From Chloroflexota bacterium (lineage in GTDB: Bacteria > Chloroflexota > Anaerolineae > Anaerolineales > Anaerolineaceae): DNA of 64,000 nt. The notes beneath the pieces are model-generated. The model did not search any database. It worked only from the letters and a program-made list of their open reading frames with translations, and had not been told where the DNA came from. A program made the translations under genes and the position numbers. Below, piece after piece: positions 38,255-47,789 of the stretch. The stretch lies in the NCBI GenBank assembly GCA_012522475.1, contig JAAYKH010000030.1:22063-86062 (forward strand), written 5' to 3'. Position 1 is the stretch's first letter. Every line of letters begins with the position of its first letter.

Positions 38255-39775
38255 TTAAAGATCATAAATTTCTGCGTACTTCTTCCGCAGGTAAGCCATG
38301 TAAGGCTCCGGGGTAATCTTGCTGCCCGTCGCTTTAATCATGATTTCCTGAGGGTCATATTTTGCGCCATATTGATGGACGTGCTCACGCATCCACGCCA
38401 GGATGGTATCAAATTTTGCCTGTGCGATTTCATCCGGGACATTGGGATGCTCTTGCAACAATTTTTCCCACAATTGCACTGAAGCCAAGTTACCCAACGC
38501 ATAAGTGGGAAAATAACCGATCATCCCACCGCTCCAGTGGATATCCTGTAACACACCTCTGGCATCATCCGGCGGCGTAATACCGAGATAATCCTGCATC
38601 TTGTTATTCCAGATCTCCGGAAGGTCGCCGACATTGATAGTCCCTTCCATTAAGCCAATTTCAATTTCCAGCCGCAGCATAATATGCATATTGTAGGTGG
38701 CTTCATCGGCTTCAACTCGAATAAAGGAAGGCTCAACCCGGTTAATGCCGCGGTAAAAATCTGCCAGGCTGACCTCAGCCAGGTATTCAGGGAAGAGCAT
38801 CTGGAAGGATGGGTAGAAGTACGTCCAAAATTCTTTACTACGACCGATGATATTTTCCCACAAGCGGGATTGGGATTCGTGAATAGCCAGCGAAGCCGCA
38901 CCGCCAAGAGGATGGCGTTTATACTTTTCAGAAACACCCTGAGCATACATGGCGTGCCCCGATTCGTGCATTGTACTAAACAACGCTGAGCCAACATCGT
39001 CCTTTAGGTAACGAGTGGTGATGCGCACATCGCCCAGTCCAAATCCGGTTGTAAAGGGGTGCGGCGCCACATCCATGCGCCCGCGCTGCCAATCATAGCC
39101 AAAGCAGGTGATCACATGGCGTCCAAACAGATCCTGATAGTCCTCTTTATAGGGTTGCTTAATAAAAGAATTGTCGGGTAGTTCCTTTTCGGTAATTGCC
39201 TGTAATAGCTCAACCTGTTGTGGTCTGAGTTTGTCAAAGATTTCTTTGACGTCGGCTGTTTTCATGCCAGGTTCAAAGTCGTCAAGCAGTGGGTCGTAAA
39301 TATGGTCGTAGGGTTGAAACAGTTCAACGTATTGTTTACGCAGGTCGACGATCGTCTCCAGATGCGGCTTAAATATCGAAAAATCAGACCGGGCTTTAGC
39401 CTGCACCCAGGCCTCATGCGCCATGGTTTGTGCTTTGATAGATTCCATCAATAATGGCAAGGGCACTTTAACTTGTTTTTCATAATTCCTTTTGATGACT
39501 TTGACCGAGCGTGCCACGTCCGTTTCCGCATTCAAGTCCCCAATTTCATCCTCAAGATCAGCAATTAATTGACCAAACTCCTCGGTGGCGAATTTTTCGT
39601 GCAAAATGCGCCCCAAAGCAGCAGATTGCAAACCACGTTCCTCAGCACCCCCGGGCGGCATGTAGACTTGCTGATCCCATCCCAATAATGCCATAATGCC
39701 TTCGAGGTCTGAAAATTCTGCCACTCGTTCGAATAATGCTTGCATTTTTGGTGAATACTCTGTTTTCCCTGACAT
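38255..39775 (-). CDS. Carboxypeptidase M32 (Taq type)
   Basis: LLGWDQ, HPFTT, MHESGHAMY (HExxH), HESQSRLWEN, IRVEADE, QDIHWSGG..GYFPTYALG. Confidence 0.95.
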   Translation of the reverse strand: MSGKTEYSPKMQALFERVAEFSDLEGIMALLGWDQQVYMPPGGAEERGLQSAALGRILHEKFATEEFGQLIADLEDEIGDLNAETDVARSVKVIKRNYEKQVKVPLPLLMESIKAQTMAHEAWVQAKARSDFSIFKPHLETIVDLRKQYVELFQPYDHIYDPLLDDFEPGMKTADVKEIFDKLRPQQVELLQAITEKELPDNSFIKQPYKEDYQDLFGRHVITCFGYDWQRGRMDVAPHPFTTGFGLGDVRITTRYLKDDVGSALFSTMHESGHAMYAQGVSEKYKRHPLGGAASLAIHESQSRLWENIIGRSKEFWTYFYPSFQMLFPEYLAEVSLADFYRGINRVEPSFIRVEADEATYNMHIMLRLEIEIGLMEGTINVGDLPEIWNNKMQDYLGITPPDDARGVLQDIHWSGGMIGYFPTYALGNLASVQLWEKLLQEHPNVPDEIAQAKFDTILAWMREHVHQYGAKYDPQEIMIKATGSKITPEPYMAYLRKKYAEIYDL

Positions 39776-39826
39776 AAGACACCTCATTTCCGAATTATTA
39801 AATCAATTCCGCCGCCAAGCTTTTAG

Positions 39827-40768
39827 TTAAACCACCCGCCAGCGCAAAGGTTTTTCTTCAAGAGCAGCCAGCACTTCCGAAACAAGATCATGACCTGCCC
39901 GCAATTGTGCTTCTTTGGTTTGTGCGCCGATATGGGGCGTAGCCACCACCCTGGGGTGTGTTGATAAGGGATCTCCCGCAATAGGCGGTTCCACTTCGAA
40001 TACATCCAAAGCAGCACCAGCCACCTTTCCACTTTCGAGAGCTTCCAGCAAAGCGTTTCCCTCAATCACGCCTCCCCGGGATGTGTCAATGATCAGAACG
40101 CCATCCTTCATTTTATTGATAGATTCAGCATTGACCATATAATGCGTCGATGTCGTATGCGGCACGTGTATGGTAATTATATCCGATTGTTTTAGCAGTT
40201 CGTCAAAGGAAACTGAATTAACGCCAAGGCTCTGAATATCTTTTTCTGGGGAAGGGTAAGCATAAGTTAGCACTTTCATCCCAAAGGCTAAAGATCGTCT
40301 GCAGACCGCTTTAGCAATATTACCAAAACCTAAGATCCCCAAAGTTTTCCGATAAAGTTCAGTGCCAATCAAGTCTTTTTTAAGCCACTGTTCTGCCTTC
40401 ATCCCGGCATCAGCCCTGGGAATATCGCGAATCAGGCTTAACATCAACCCCATGGTTAGTTCTGCAACCGAGATTGTGGTTGAAACGGGGGTGTTAACCA
40501 CCGTGACACCCTGTGTCTCAGCTGCGATTAAATCAATATTATCCACACCCACACCCAACCGACCGATCACTTTAAGGTTTTTAGCGATAGAGATTACTTC
40601 TTGTGTGATCTTTGTGCGACCACGAATGACAATCGCATCTATTTCAGAGATCACCTCTACCAGCTCTTCTTGTGAAATTCCTTTTTTATCAATTAACTCA
40701 ACTGCAGCAAGCAAGTCCGGGTCATTGATTTCTGAAAGGCCGTCTGTAAGCAGGACTTTCCAACACAT
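39827..40768 (-). CDS. serA: D-3-phosphoglycerate dehydrogenase / D-2-hydroxyacid dehydrogenase (no ACT domain)
   Basis: IGRLGVGVDNID, GILGFGNIA, SDIITIHVP, IDTSRGG, ALDVFEVEP, TPHIGAQTKEAQ. Confidence 0.8.
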   Translation of the reverse strand: MCWKVLLTDGLSEINDPDLLAAVELIDKKGISQEELVEVISEIDAIVIRGRTKITQEVISIAKNLKVIGRLGVGVDNIDLIAAETQGVTVVNTPVSTTISVAELTMGLMLSLIRDIPRADAGMKAEQWLKKDLIGTELYRKTLGILGFGNIAKAVCRRSLAFGMKVLTYAYPSPEKDIQSLGVNSVSFDELLKQSDIITIHVPHTTSTHYMVNAESINKMKDGVLIIDTSRGGVIEGNALLEALESGKVAGAALDVFEVEPPIAGDPLSTHPRVVATPHIGAQTKEAQLRAGHDLVSEVLAALEEKPLRWRVV

Positions 40769-40899
40769 AATAAAAAATACTCCTAGCGTTTGATTTTAAG
40801 AACAACTTTCCATTTTACCCTAACTTAAACGCAGGTTTTCTCAAAAATAAAAAAACCTTGTTTACTCATAGAGAAATAATAATGTTGTGGATTAACATA

Positions 40900-42786
40900 C
40901 TAAGGTGTGAAGTTTTTGCCCAAAACCCTGGCCTCACCGCGGCGCATGGTAACCCCCATCTGATCCAAATATTCCAAAACAGCCACCGCATACTTGCGGC
41001 TGGTATCAAATTGATCTCTCAACTCCGCCAGGGTGATGCTTTCTTTTTGTTGAATTTGGCTGATCACAAATTGGCGCATCTCAGCCATAGCTTGGGGCAG
41101 GAATAGAATATCTTCGCCAATCCAAAGTAGTTTTCCTAACGAGATCAATGAAGTCAATAGCTCATCTCCGACAATATCTCGGCTCTGTTTGTACGAAGGG
41201 GGCGCATAGGCGTGGGCTTCAAAATCCTTTAACAGGTGCTCGATTTTTACTTCTTGTTCAACCGTAAAACGGATGCTGTGCTGGCTTAGCCACAAATCAG
41301 CGCCGGATTCAACCAGGATGCCCTCACCTGACAGGTGTGCCAGGAGGCTGTCGAAATCTCTGGCCGTTAAGCTCATCTGTGATTTAAGGCGCTCTCTCGG
41401 CATACCCTGCCTTAAGGGGTATTGCTGGTGATATTCATTTAATCTGGCGACCAGGTTTTCCCTGATCCGATCAAAACTCGCCCTCGTTAAGATCATGCGC
41501 CCACCCCTGATCAGAATCAACTCACCCCGGTCAATCAGTCCATCAACAGCCAATTGTGCCTGGTTTTGTTCCAACCCGCTGTTTGCCAAAAGATTCTGAA
41601 GCGAACTGGGCCCCAACTTCAGCGCCGTTTGCAGCAAAATATCTTCGGGTGTTCCCATCAATAAATGTTCTAATGCTTCTAAACGTTCTTGATTAAAGCG
41701 ACGATGTCGACGTGTGGGATGTGCATCCACAACCTGCCCCCCCCCAATGGTTGCAGGGGGAGATGGACGTCGCAGGATGAAACGATCACCGCGCAGTGCA
41801 ACGAGCGGTTTCTGCAGCATCAGTTGCAAAAAGGCTTCACCACCAGGGGGGCATTCCTGCATTCCCAGCACACGCACCCTGGCCATGACCTCAGCCGCAC
41901 CCAGGAAAAGCTTAACCTCCATATTGTGCTTCAACGGCGCGCTGGCATCTGGCAGTATTTTACAATACACGTCAATCATCTTGGTGGTCTGATAATCCCC
42001 TGGGTGAACGACCACATCGCCCCGGATGACCTCATCCACACTGACCCCGCTGATGTTGACCGCTGTTCGCCCTCCTGGCAGGGCTTTTTGTTCAGCCTGT
42101 TTATGCGTTTGCAATCCACGGATTCGACCTTTAATGCCGCGCGGTAAAATTTCAACTTCATCGCCAACGGATAGTTGCCCGTCAAGCAATGTCCCGGTCA
42201 AAATTGTGCCAAACCCTGGCAGCGTAAAGACCCGGTCTACCGGTAAGCGCGGGCGGCCCAAATCTAGACGGTGAGGATGTCGTTTGTTGACCTCTTGCAG
42301 AGAATTCACCAGGGTTTCGATCCCCTGGCCCGTCTTCGCACTGACCCTGATGATTGGCGCCTGCTCGAGAACAGTCCCTGACAGCACCACACGTAGATCT
42401 TCCTCCACCAGGTCAAGCCAATCCGTATCCTGGATCAAATCGATTTTTGTGAGTGCTACCACACCAGCAGGAATTTGAAGCAAGTTAACAATTGCCAAAT
42501 GTTCGCTGGTCTGCGGCATCACGCCTTCATCAGCAGCAACCACAAACAACACCGCATCAATTCCCCCAACGCCTGCCAGCATGTTTTCGATAAAATCACG
42601 ATGGCCCGGAACATCGACAATTCCTATTTCATTACCATCAGGCAGCGTGATCCAGGCAAAACCCAGCTCAATGCTCAATTCCCGGTCTTGCTCTTCTTTT
42701 AACCGATCCGGGTTAATCCCGGTTATCCGGTTGATGAGGCTCGATTTTCCATGATCAACATGGCCAGCGGTGCCTATAACCTGCAC
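40900..42786 (-). CDS. selB: Selenocysteine-specific elongation factor
   Basis: GTAGHVDHGKS, DRLKEEQDRELSIELGFA, DVPGHRDFIENMLAG; C-terminal winged helices ending TSRKYAVAVLEYLD. Confidence 0.95.
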   Translation of the reverse strand: MQVIGTAGHVDHGKSSLINRITGINPDRLKEEQDRELSIELGFAWITLPDGNEIGIVDVPGHRDFIENMLAGVGGIDAVLFVVAADEGVMPQTSEHLAIVNLLQIPAGVVALTKIDLIQDTDWLDLVEEDLRVVLSGTVLEQAPIIRVSAKTGQGIETLVNSLQEVNKRHPHRLDLGRPRLPVDRVFTLPGFGTILTGTLLDGQLSVGDEVEILPRGIKGRIRGLQTHKQAEQKALPGGRTAVNISGVSVDEVIRGDVVVHPGDYQTTKMIDVYCKILPDASAPLKHNMEVKLFLGAAEVMARVRVLGMQECPPGGEAFLQLMLQKPLVALRGDRFILRRPSPPATIGGGQVVDAHPTRRHRRFNQERLEALEHLLMGTPEDILLQTALKLGPSSLQNLLANSGLEQNQAQLAVDGLIDRGELILIRGGRMILTRASFDRIRENLVARLNEYHQQYPLRQGMPRERLKSQMSLTARDFDSLLAHLSGEGILVESGADLWLSQHSIRFTVEQEVKIEHLLKDFEAHAYAPPSYKQSRDIVGDELLTSLISLGKLLWIGEDILFLPQAMAEMRQFVISQIQQKESITLAELRDQFDTSRKYAVAVLEYLDQMGVTMRRGEARVLGKNFTP

Positions 42787-42806
42787 GTGAGTTTTTCTCC
42801 AGAGTG

Positions 42807-43997
42807 TTAACTTTTAAAGATCTTATTATAATTTTCAATGGATTCGCGCAATGCCATCAACTGGTTTTGCATGCGCTTAACATCATCCTTGGCCACCTGA
42901 TCGAAGGCTTCACTCAGTGTCTTAATCAAGTCTTCCAGGCTGGCAATCCGCTCGCCAAAACCTTCCAGGTCTCGGTTCATCTCACGGTGTTGTTCATCCT
43001 GGGCCAGGGTGTAGTTAGACCAGCGTTTCTGATCATCGGATTTGAAAGTCGTCCACTCCTGGCGAAAACGGTCTTCATTCAACCGCTGCACCTCGGTGAT
43101 CTCATTCACCCGGCGATCAAAACGTTGCGTAACCTCATCTAGGGCTTCGAGCGATTTATTGACCCCAGCATGTGTTGCTTCTAATTTGGTGATTTCGCCT
43201 TCTAAATCATGGGTAATGGTTTCAATCTTCTCAAAGCGATCAGACCACGCCCTGAAAGTGCGATCACGATCAACCTGAGCGACATTAATTTTTTCAATAA
43301 AAGCGGTTTGCGCTTCTTGTCGTTCCGATTCGGCATCCATCAATTCCTTGATGCGAATTTCAAGTTTGCGCACATTGTCGCCTGCCAGGTCTTGTTTTTC
43401 TCGCGCCTCGTTCAAACGTTTACGCAAGGCCGCCGTTTCACCCTGCAAATCGGTTAACCGTTTGGTCTCCTGACGCAAGTTTTCCTCCGTTATCTTTAAG
43501 GAGCGTTTATATTCCTCATCAAAGCGTGTCATATCGTTGATCTGAGCTTTTAATTCTTCAATCAACCTGGCCAGGCGAAAGTCTTCCTCTTTGCGTTCTT
43601 CCAGAAGTTCAGAAATTTGATCGATTCCTGCTACTTTTTTTTGCACCCCAATCACATCTAAATTAATGTCTTCAATCTGCTGAGTATGCTTTTCAGTTTG
43701 TAAGGATTTTTCAATCGTTGAATTTTTTACGTCATCGACTTGCCGGGATAAATCGGTGCGGACATTGCTGATATCAACTTCAAACTGGTTCACGCGCGCC
43801 ACAAGAGCATTAATACGTGAAATTTCATTTTCCAAATCAGACAAACGCATCCTCAAAGACGCGTTCTCTGTTGAGAGGTTTTCAATATTGTTTTGTAGGG
43901 TTGCCAGCATTGTTTTGTCGTCTCGACGTTCATTGTCAAGCCATTCAACACGCTGCTTAAGTTGTGACAAATTCGCGATGTCATCCATAATTTTCAC
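42807..43997 (-). CDS. Long coiled-coil hypothetical protein
   Basis: Almost entirely helical, E/K/R/Q/L-rich heptad pattern; no TM segment or NTPase motif. Confidence 0.75.
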   Translation of the reverse strand: MKIMDDIANLSQLKQRVEWLDNERRDDKTMLATLQNNIENLSTENASLRMRLSDLENEISRINALVARVNQFEVDISNVRTDLSRQVDDVKNSTIEKSLQTEKHTQQIEDINLDVIGVQKKVAGIDQISELLEERKEEDFRLARLIEELKAQINDMTRFDEEYKRSLKITEENLRQETKRLTDLQGETAALRKRLNEAREKQDLAGDNVRKLEIRIKELMDAESERQEAQTAFIEKINVAQVDRDRTFRAWSDRFEKIETITHDLEGEITKLEATHAGVNKSLEALDEVTQRFDRRVNEITEVQRLNEDRFRQEWTTFKSDDQKRWSNYTLAQDEQHREMNRDLEGFGERIASLEDLIKTLSEAFDQVAKDDVKRMQNQLMALRESIENYNKIFKS

Positions 43998-44134
43998 CTA
44001 TCATCAATGGGGTTTACAATCTCCTCCTGCACATATTGGGGTACAGGCAGTGATCCTGCACTAGCATTATACAAGAAAACCAGATTCTTCGTTCAAGGTT
44101 GAATAACCTGAATCAGGCGCTATCCCTCATTATT

Positions 44135-45550
44135 TTATTGTAAATGAGGGAAAGCAGTCAAGATATCGATTAATCCTGTAAAAAACTTACCCGGAAACAA
44201 GCCAAACGCCATTAATACAACCATCATTATGATGATCGGCGCATAGTGAGGAAGTTTTTCTTGAACATGCCAAATTTGATCATTTTCATTTTCACTTGGG
44301 TGGTAGAAGCTCAACAGCAGCCGAATTGAAAATAAAAATAAACCCAGGCTTCCAAAAAGGCTCCACACACCCAAACTGATGCTCTCAGATGCAGCCTGAG
44401 AGAGCAGAACAATTTTAATTGGGAAAGACGCCAAAAGTGGCAAGCCGGCAATACTCAGTTGAGCTAAAATTAATCCGGATGAAAGCCAAGGCGTCCTGCG
44501 TGCTGCACCTTGAATTGTTCCCAGACCGATTGAGGCGCCGTAATGAGTTTCGAGTCGAGCCAGGGTATAGCCCCATAACCAATACCCTAAAGCTCTTACC
44601 GGGAACATCATCAGCATCCAATGCAGGCCTCCCGAAGCGGCTAAACCAATAGCTAATAAAGAGTAACCCGTTTCAACCAGTATCGAAAACCCAAAGGCCC
44701 GTTTAAGCTCTTCCTGAACCGCAGTTGACACCCCGCCAAAAACAATCATCATCACACCGGTTAACCTGATGATATTAAAAATGGCTTCAGATGTTCTGAG
44801 AAATCCGTACCGATTGAGAAAATTTAATCCAAATACCAGAATGCCGGTAGGCAGAATAAACAATAAAAAACTAAATACCGTCGGATGACTGTGTTCGCTG
44901 ACCATAGGCACCCAGCTATGGAAAGGAAATACAGCCAGCCAGATAGCAAACCCAAGGCCTAAGACAACCGCACTTTGACCGATCAACGGGCTTTCAGGCG
45001 GCAGGGTAACCACCCCGGTTAACAACCATCCAGCAATCAGGATAAAGGGCATGGCAATGGTCATCAACCCAAGATAGCGCAAAACACCAGAGTGTTCACT
45101 TTTAACAGGGAACGTTATCATCGGAACAGAAACAAGAACTGCGGTTTCAATCAGCAAGGCAGCGTAAAGAAAGGGCTCAACGCCCAAAGCCGCTGTCAGA
45201 GCAGCAGTGATAATCAAGCTTGTCGGACGAAATGACTTTGGAACACTTTGGAGGTTGCTACTCAGCAACCACAAGCCCGTTGTCCCGTATAAAAAAGCAA
45301 CCATCGGAAGCATGGCAGACACCAAGGTGATTTTACGTCCAAAAAAGTTTAAACTTTCTTCTATGGAAATCGTCAACGGACCAAGCGAAAGGATCAGTTC
45401 CTGTGGTAAATAGGCTGCCAACAAAGCCAGTCCAAAAGTAAATACACAGGCAATAATCAGGCTTAATTGGCGGCGTTCAGCTGTAAGTGTGCAGACAACG
45501 GCTACCACCATGGGAACAATGACCCAGATGAGCGGCGTACTCAGCGTCAT
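44135..45550 (-). CDS. NuoN/MrpD-like proton-conducting membrane subunit (degenerate)
   Basis: FPFHSWVP, LKRAFGFSILVETG, SIAGLPLLASFPIK antiporter-fold motifs. Confidence 0.7.
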   Translation of the reverse strand: MTLSTPLIWVIVPMVVAVVCTLTAERRQLSLIIACVFTFGLALLAAYLPQELILSLGPLTISIEESLNFFGRKITLVSAMLPMVAFLYGTTGLWLLSSNLQSVPKSFRPTSLIITAALTAALGVEPFLYAALLIETAVLVSVPMITFPVKSEHSGVLRYLGLMTIAMPFILIAGWLLTGVVTLPPESPLIGQSAVVLGLGFAIWLAVFPFHSWVPMVSEHSHPTVFSFLLFILPTGILVFGLNFLNRYGFLRTSEAIFNIIRLTGVMMIVFGGVSTAVQEELKRAFGFSILVETGYSLLAIGLAASGGLHWMLMMFPVRALGYWLWGYTLARLETHYGASIGLGTIQGAARRTPWLSSGLILAQLSIAGLPLLASFPIKIVLLSQAASESISLGVWSLFGSLGLFLFSIRLLLSFYHPSENENDQIWHVQEKLPHYAPIIIMMVVLMAFGLFPGKFFTGLIDILTAFPHLQ

Positions 45551-46167
45551 TGCTGTTCTTCTTCCTGAATAACGCTGTCAGCTTCTTCGGCGGATACCAT
45601 CATAGACACACCTACAACTGCCATGCCTAGGGTTACAACAGCCAATAAGCCAGTTAATAATGTGGAAAGCTCCAAAGCAGCATAGATCACTTCAAAACCT
45701 GTCAGAAAGGTTAACAATCCGATAATAACTGGAAAAGGCTTTGAATTTAACCCCAATTGCATCAGTGCCATCCCCATCATAATCAATCCACCCTGGATGA
45801 TTAACAAATCAACATCAGGGAATACTCGGCGCTGCAAAGGGGGCGCTAAAATAAAAATCAGCACGATCATCAACAATCCAGATAACCCCTTAAAAAACAG
45901 GTTGGCAACATTTTCCGGCTGCAGCTCTTCCCGGCTGCAACGCAAACTGGTAAATACCATCACTGCCGTTGCCATCCATCCTGAAATTAATTTTACAATG
46001 GCCATATTAATCGGCCAGGAGAGTAAGACCAACACAAAAGCGCCTAAGTATTGAGCGCCTAAAGCTAGGGCAATAATACGCCAATCCCTGAAAATTAAAA
46101 CGATCATGACGGACAGCACAATTGCAATCAATGCCAATTTGGATATCACTTGCATCTTAGTTGACAC
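45547..46167 (-). CDS. Small multi-pass membrane protein (HyfE/NuoJK-like, tentative)
   Basis: About 6-7 TM helices; IIGLLTFLTGFE segment; coupled by overlaps to both neighbours. Confidence 0.45.
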   Translation of the reverse strand: MSTKMQVISKLALIAIVLSVMIVLIFRDWRIIALALGAQYLGAFVLVLLSWPINMAIVKLISGWMATAVMVFTSLRCSREELQPENVANLFFKGLSGLLMIVLIFILAPPLQRRVFPDVDLLIIQGGLIMMGMALMQLGLNSKPFPVIIGLLTFLTGFEVIYAALELSTLLTGLLAVVTLGMAVVGVSMMVSAEEADSVIQEEEQQ

Positions 46168-47779
46168 CCCCGCCCGTTAACAGGCTGATCAATAACGCCA
46201 AGGTTAACACCGTCCATAGGATGCCCCCCTCACCCTCAAAAATCGATGAGAACACCTTTAAAATCTGGCCGAAGAAATAATATAATTTCCAGGCCACCCA
46301 GTAAACCCACTCTAAACGGAATACCGGTTCAATACGTGGCAAGAGCCAGTCCGACACTTTTTTAATCGTGCTGTTGGCAGGTAACTGAAAATAGGGAGGG
46401 GAGATCCCAAAGCGTCGAGCAAGGATGAGCGCGGTTAGAATCAATATGTTACTAAGCAACGCCACCCACCAAACGCCCAAGGTGAACGCCCCTGGCCAGC
46501 CGAAGAAACCCAATATGATCATCGTTTGAAGAATCAGGATCAGTCCAATCGGGAAAACCACGCGCTCCCAGGGCTCTAGCACACCCGCTTCGACACCGGG
46601 TTTGAGTGCATGCTCCAGATAGCCCAAAACCATTAACCCGTGGACAATGATTAATAAAATTGTCCACAGCGTGAAACCGCCCCCAAGCAAACCAGACCAG
46701 CCCGAAGCGACCGGGGTAAAAGGCAGTCCCAAAAAACACAATGCACCAATCAGCAGTAAGAAATTAGTGGGTTGAATACGCGGATAATAAAGAAATAATA
46801 GACTGCCAGGCAAAATTAAAGCCATTCCCCAGGGAATACTGGACTGTGGCACCCCGTTCAACACCGACACCGTCGCAAAGCTCGACCAGGCGATAATCCA
46901 ATATTGCCGACCCTCTATCTCATTCACTGCTACCAACCAGCGAGAAGCTGCATAAATAGCTGCAAGCGTTAACAAGCCCGTTACCAAAGTTTTCCAATAA
47001 CCAGCCTCCGGCAAGAGCGCCTCGCCTGGTAAACGAGCCAGGAGCGTCAGGCTGGCTGCAACCGGTGTCAAACGCAAAACATTCCCGGCGCCTCTGCGTA
47101 AAACAGGCTCTCTGAGAAAGGGCAGGTTGAGGGGAATTACCCCCAGGCGCAATCCCGCTGCCATTAAGAAAATAAAGCCTGCAGGGTACGGCGCTTGTGC
47201 AAAATCGAAATTTCCATTAGCAGCCCATCCCAGCATGGTCCCTAAGAACAACAGCAAAATCGATGCCAAACGCACCCCGTAGGCAATGATGATCCGTTGG
47301 TTAAATTGTGTTGTTTCTTGAAGAGACAATAAAAGGAATAATTCCAGCAGGTCTACCAACACCCAGGCGGTCATCATGGTTAGGCTTGTACCTGATTGAA
47401 CGGCAAGCAACCCCAGCGCGATTATGACCAGGCTTGCAGCCCAAGCACGTGGTCTGCTATCAAAATGAGTGCGCGCGGCATCTGTGAAAACCATGGCCAA
47501 AAACACGGTGATCAATGCCAATGCATACGGCCAAGATTGATAGTCCAGTAACAGAGAAAGCTTTCCGACCTGGTTCAGGCTGGGGTGATCCCAGGAGAAT
47601 AAGGCTACGGTTGTGGGTAAGCGCAGCCTGGAGAAGATAATTATCATCCAGGCAAGAATGCCTGCTGTTACCGTAATCAACCAGCTTGTCCCGTATCGCG
47701 GATGAACCAGGTCCAATATAAAAACAGCCAGGCAGGCAATTAATAAAAATCCAATCGGGGCGAGGATTAACATAGCCAA
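46157..47779 (-). CDS. Highly divergent NuoL/M/N-like antiporter-fold membrane protein
   Basis: LSLLLDYQSW, AWVLVDLLE, AAGLRLGVIPL, LGLPFTP remnants of the antiporter fold. Confidence 0.5.
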   Translation of the reverse strand: MAMLILAPIGFLLIACLAVFILDLVHPRYGTSWLITVTAGILAWMIIIFSRLRLPTTVALFSWDHPSLNQVGKLSLLLDYQSWPYALALITVFLAMVFTDAARTHFDSRPRAWAASLVIIALGLLAVQSGTSLTMMTAWVLVDLLELFLLLSLQETTQFNQRIIIAYGVRLASILLLFLGTMLGWAANGNFDFAQAPYPAGFIFLMAAGLRLGVIPLNLPFLREPVLRRGAGNVLRLTPVAASLTLLARLPGEALLPEAGYWKTLVTGLLTLAAIYAASRWLVAVNEIEGRQYWIIAWSSFATVSVLNGVPQSSIPWGMALILPGSLLFLYYPRIQPTNFLLLIGALCFLGLPFTPVASGWSGLLGGGFTLWTILLIIVHGLMVLGYLEHALKPGVEAGVLEPWERVVFPIGLILILQTMIILGFFGWPGAFTLGVWWVALLSNILILTALILARRFGISPPYFQLPANSTIKKVSDWLLPRIEPVFRLEWVYWVAWKLYYFFGQILKVFSSIFEGEGGILWTVLTLALLISLLTGGGVN

Positions 47780-47789
47780 CTGAAATAAA

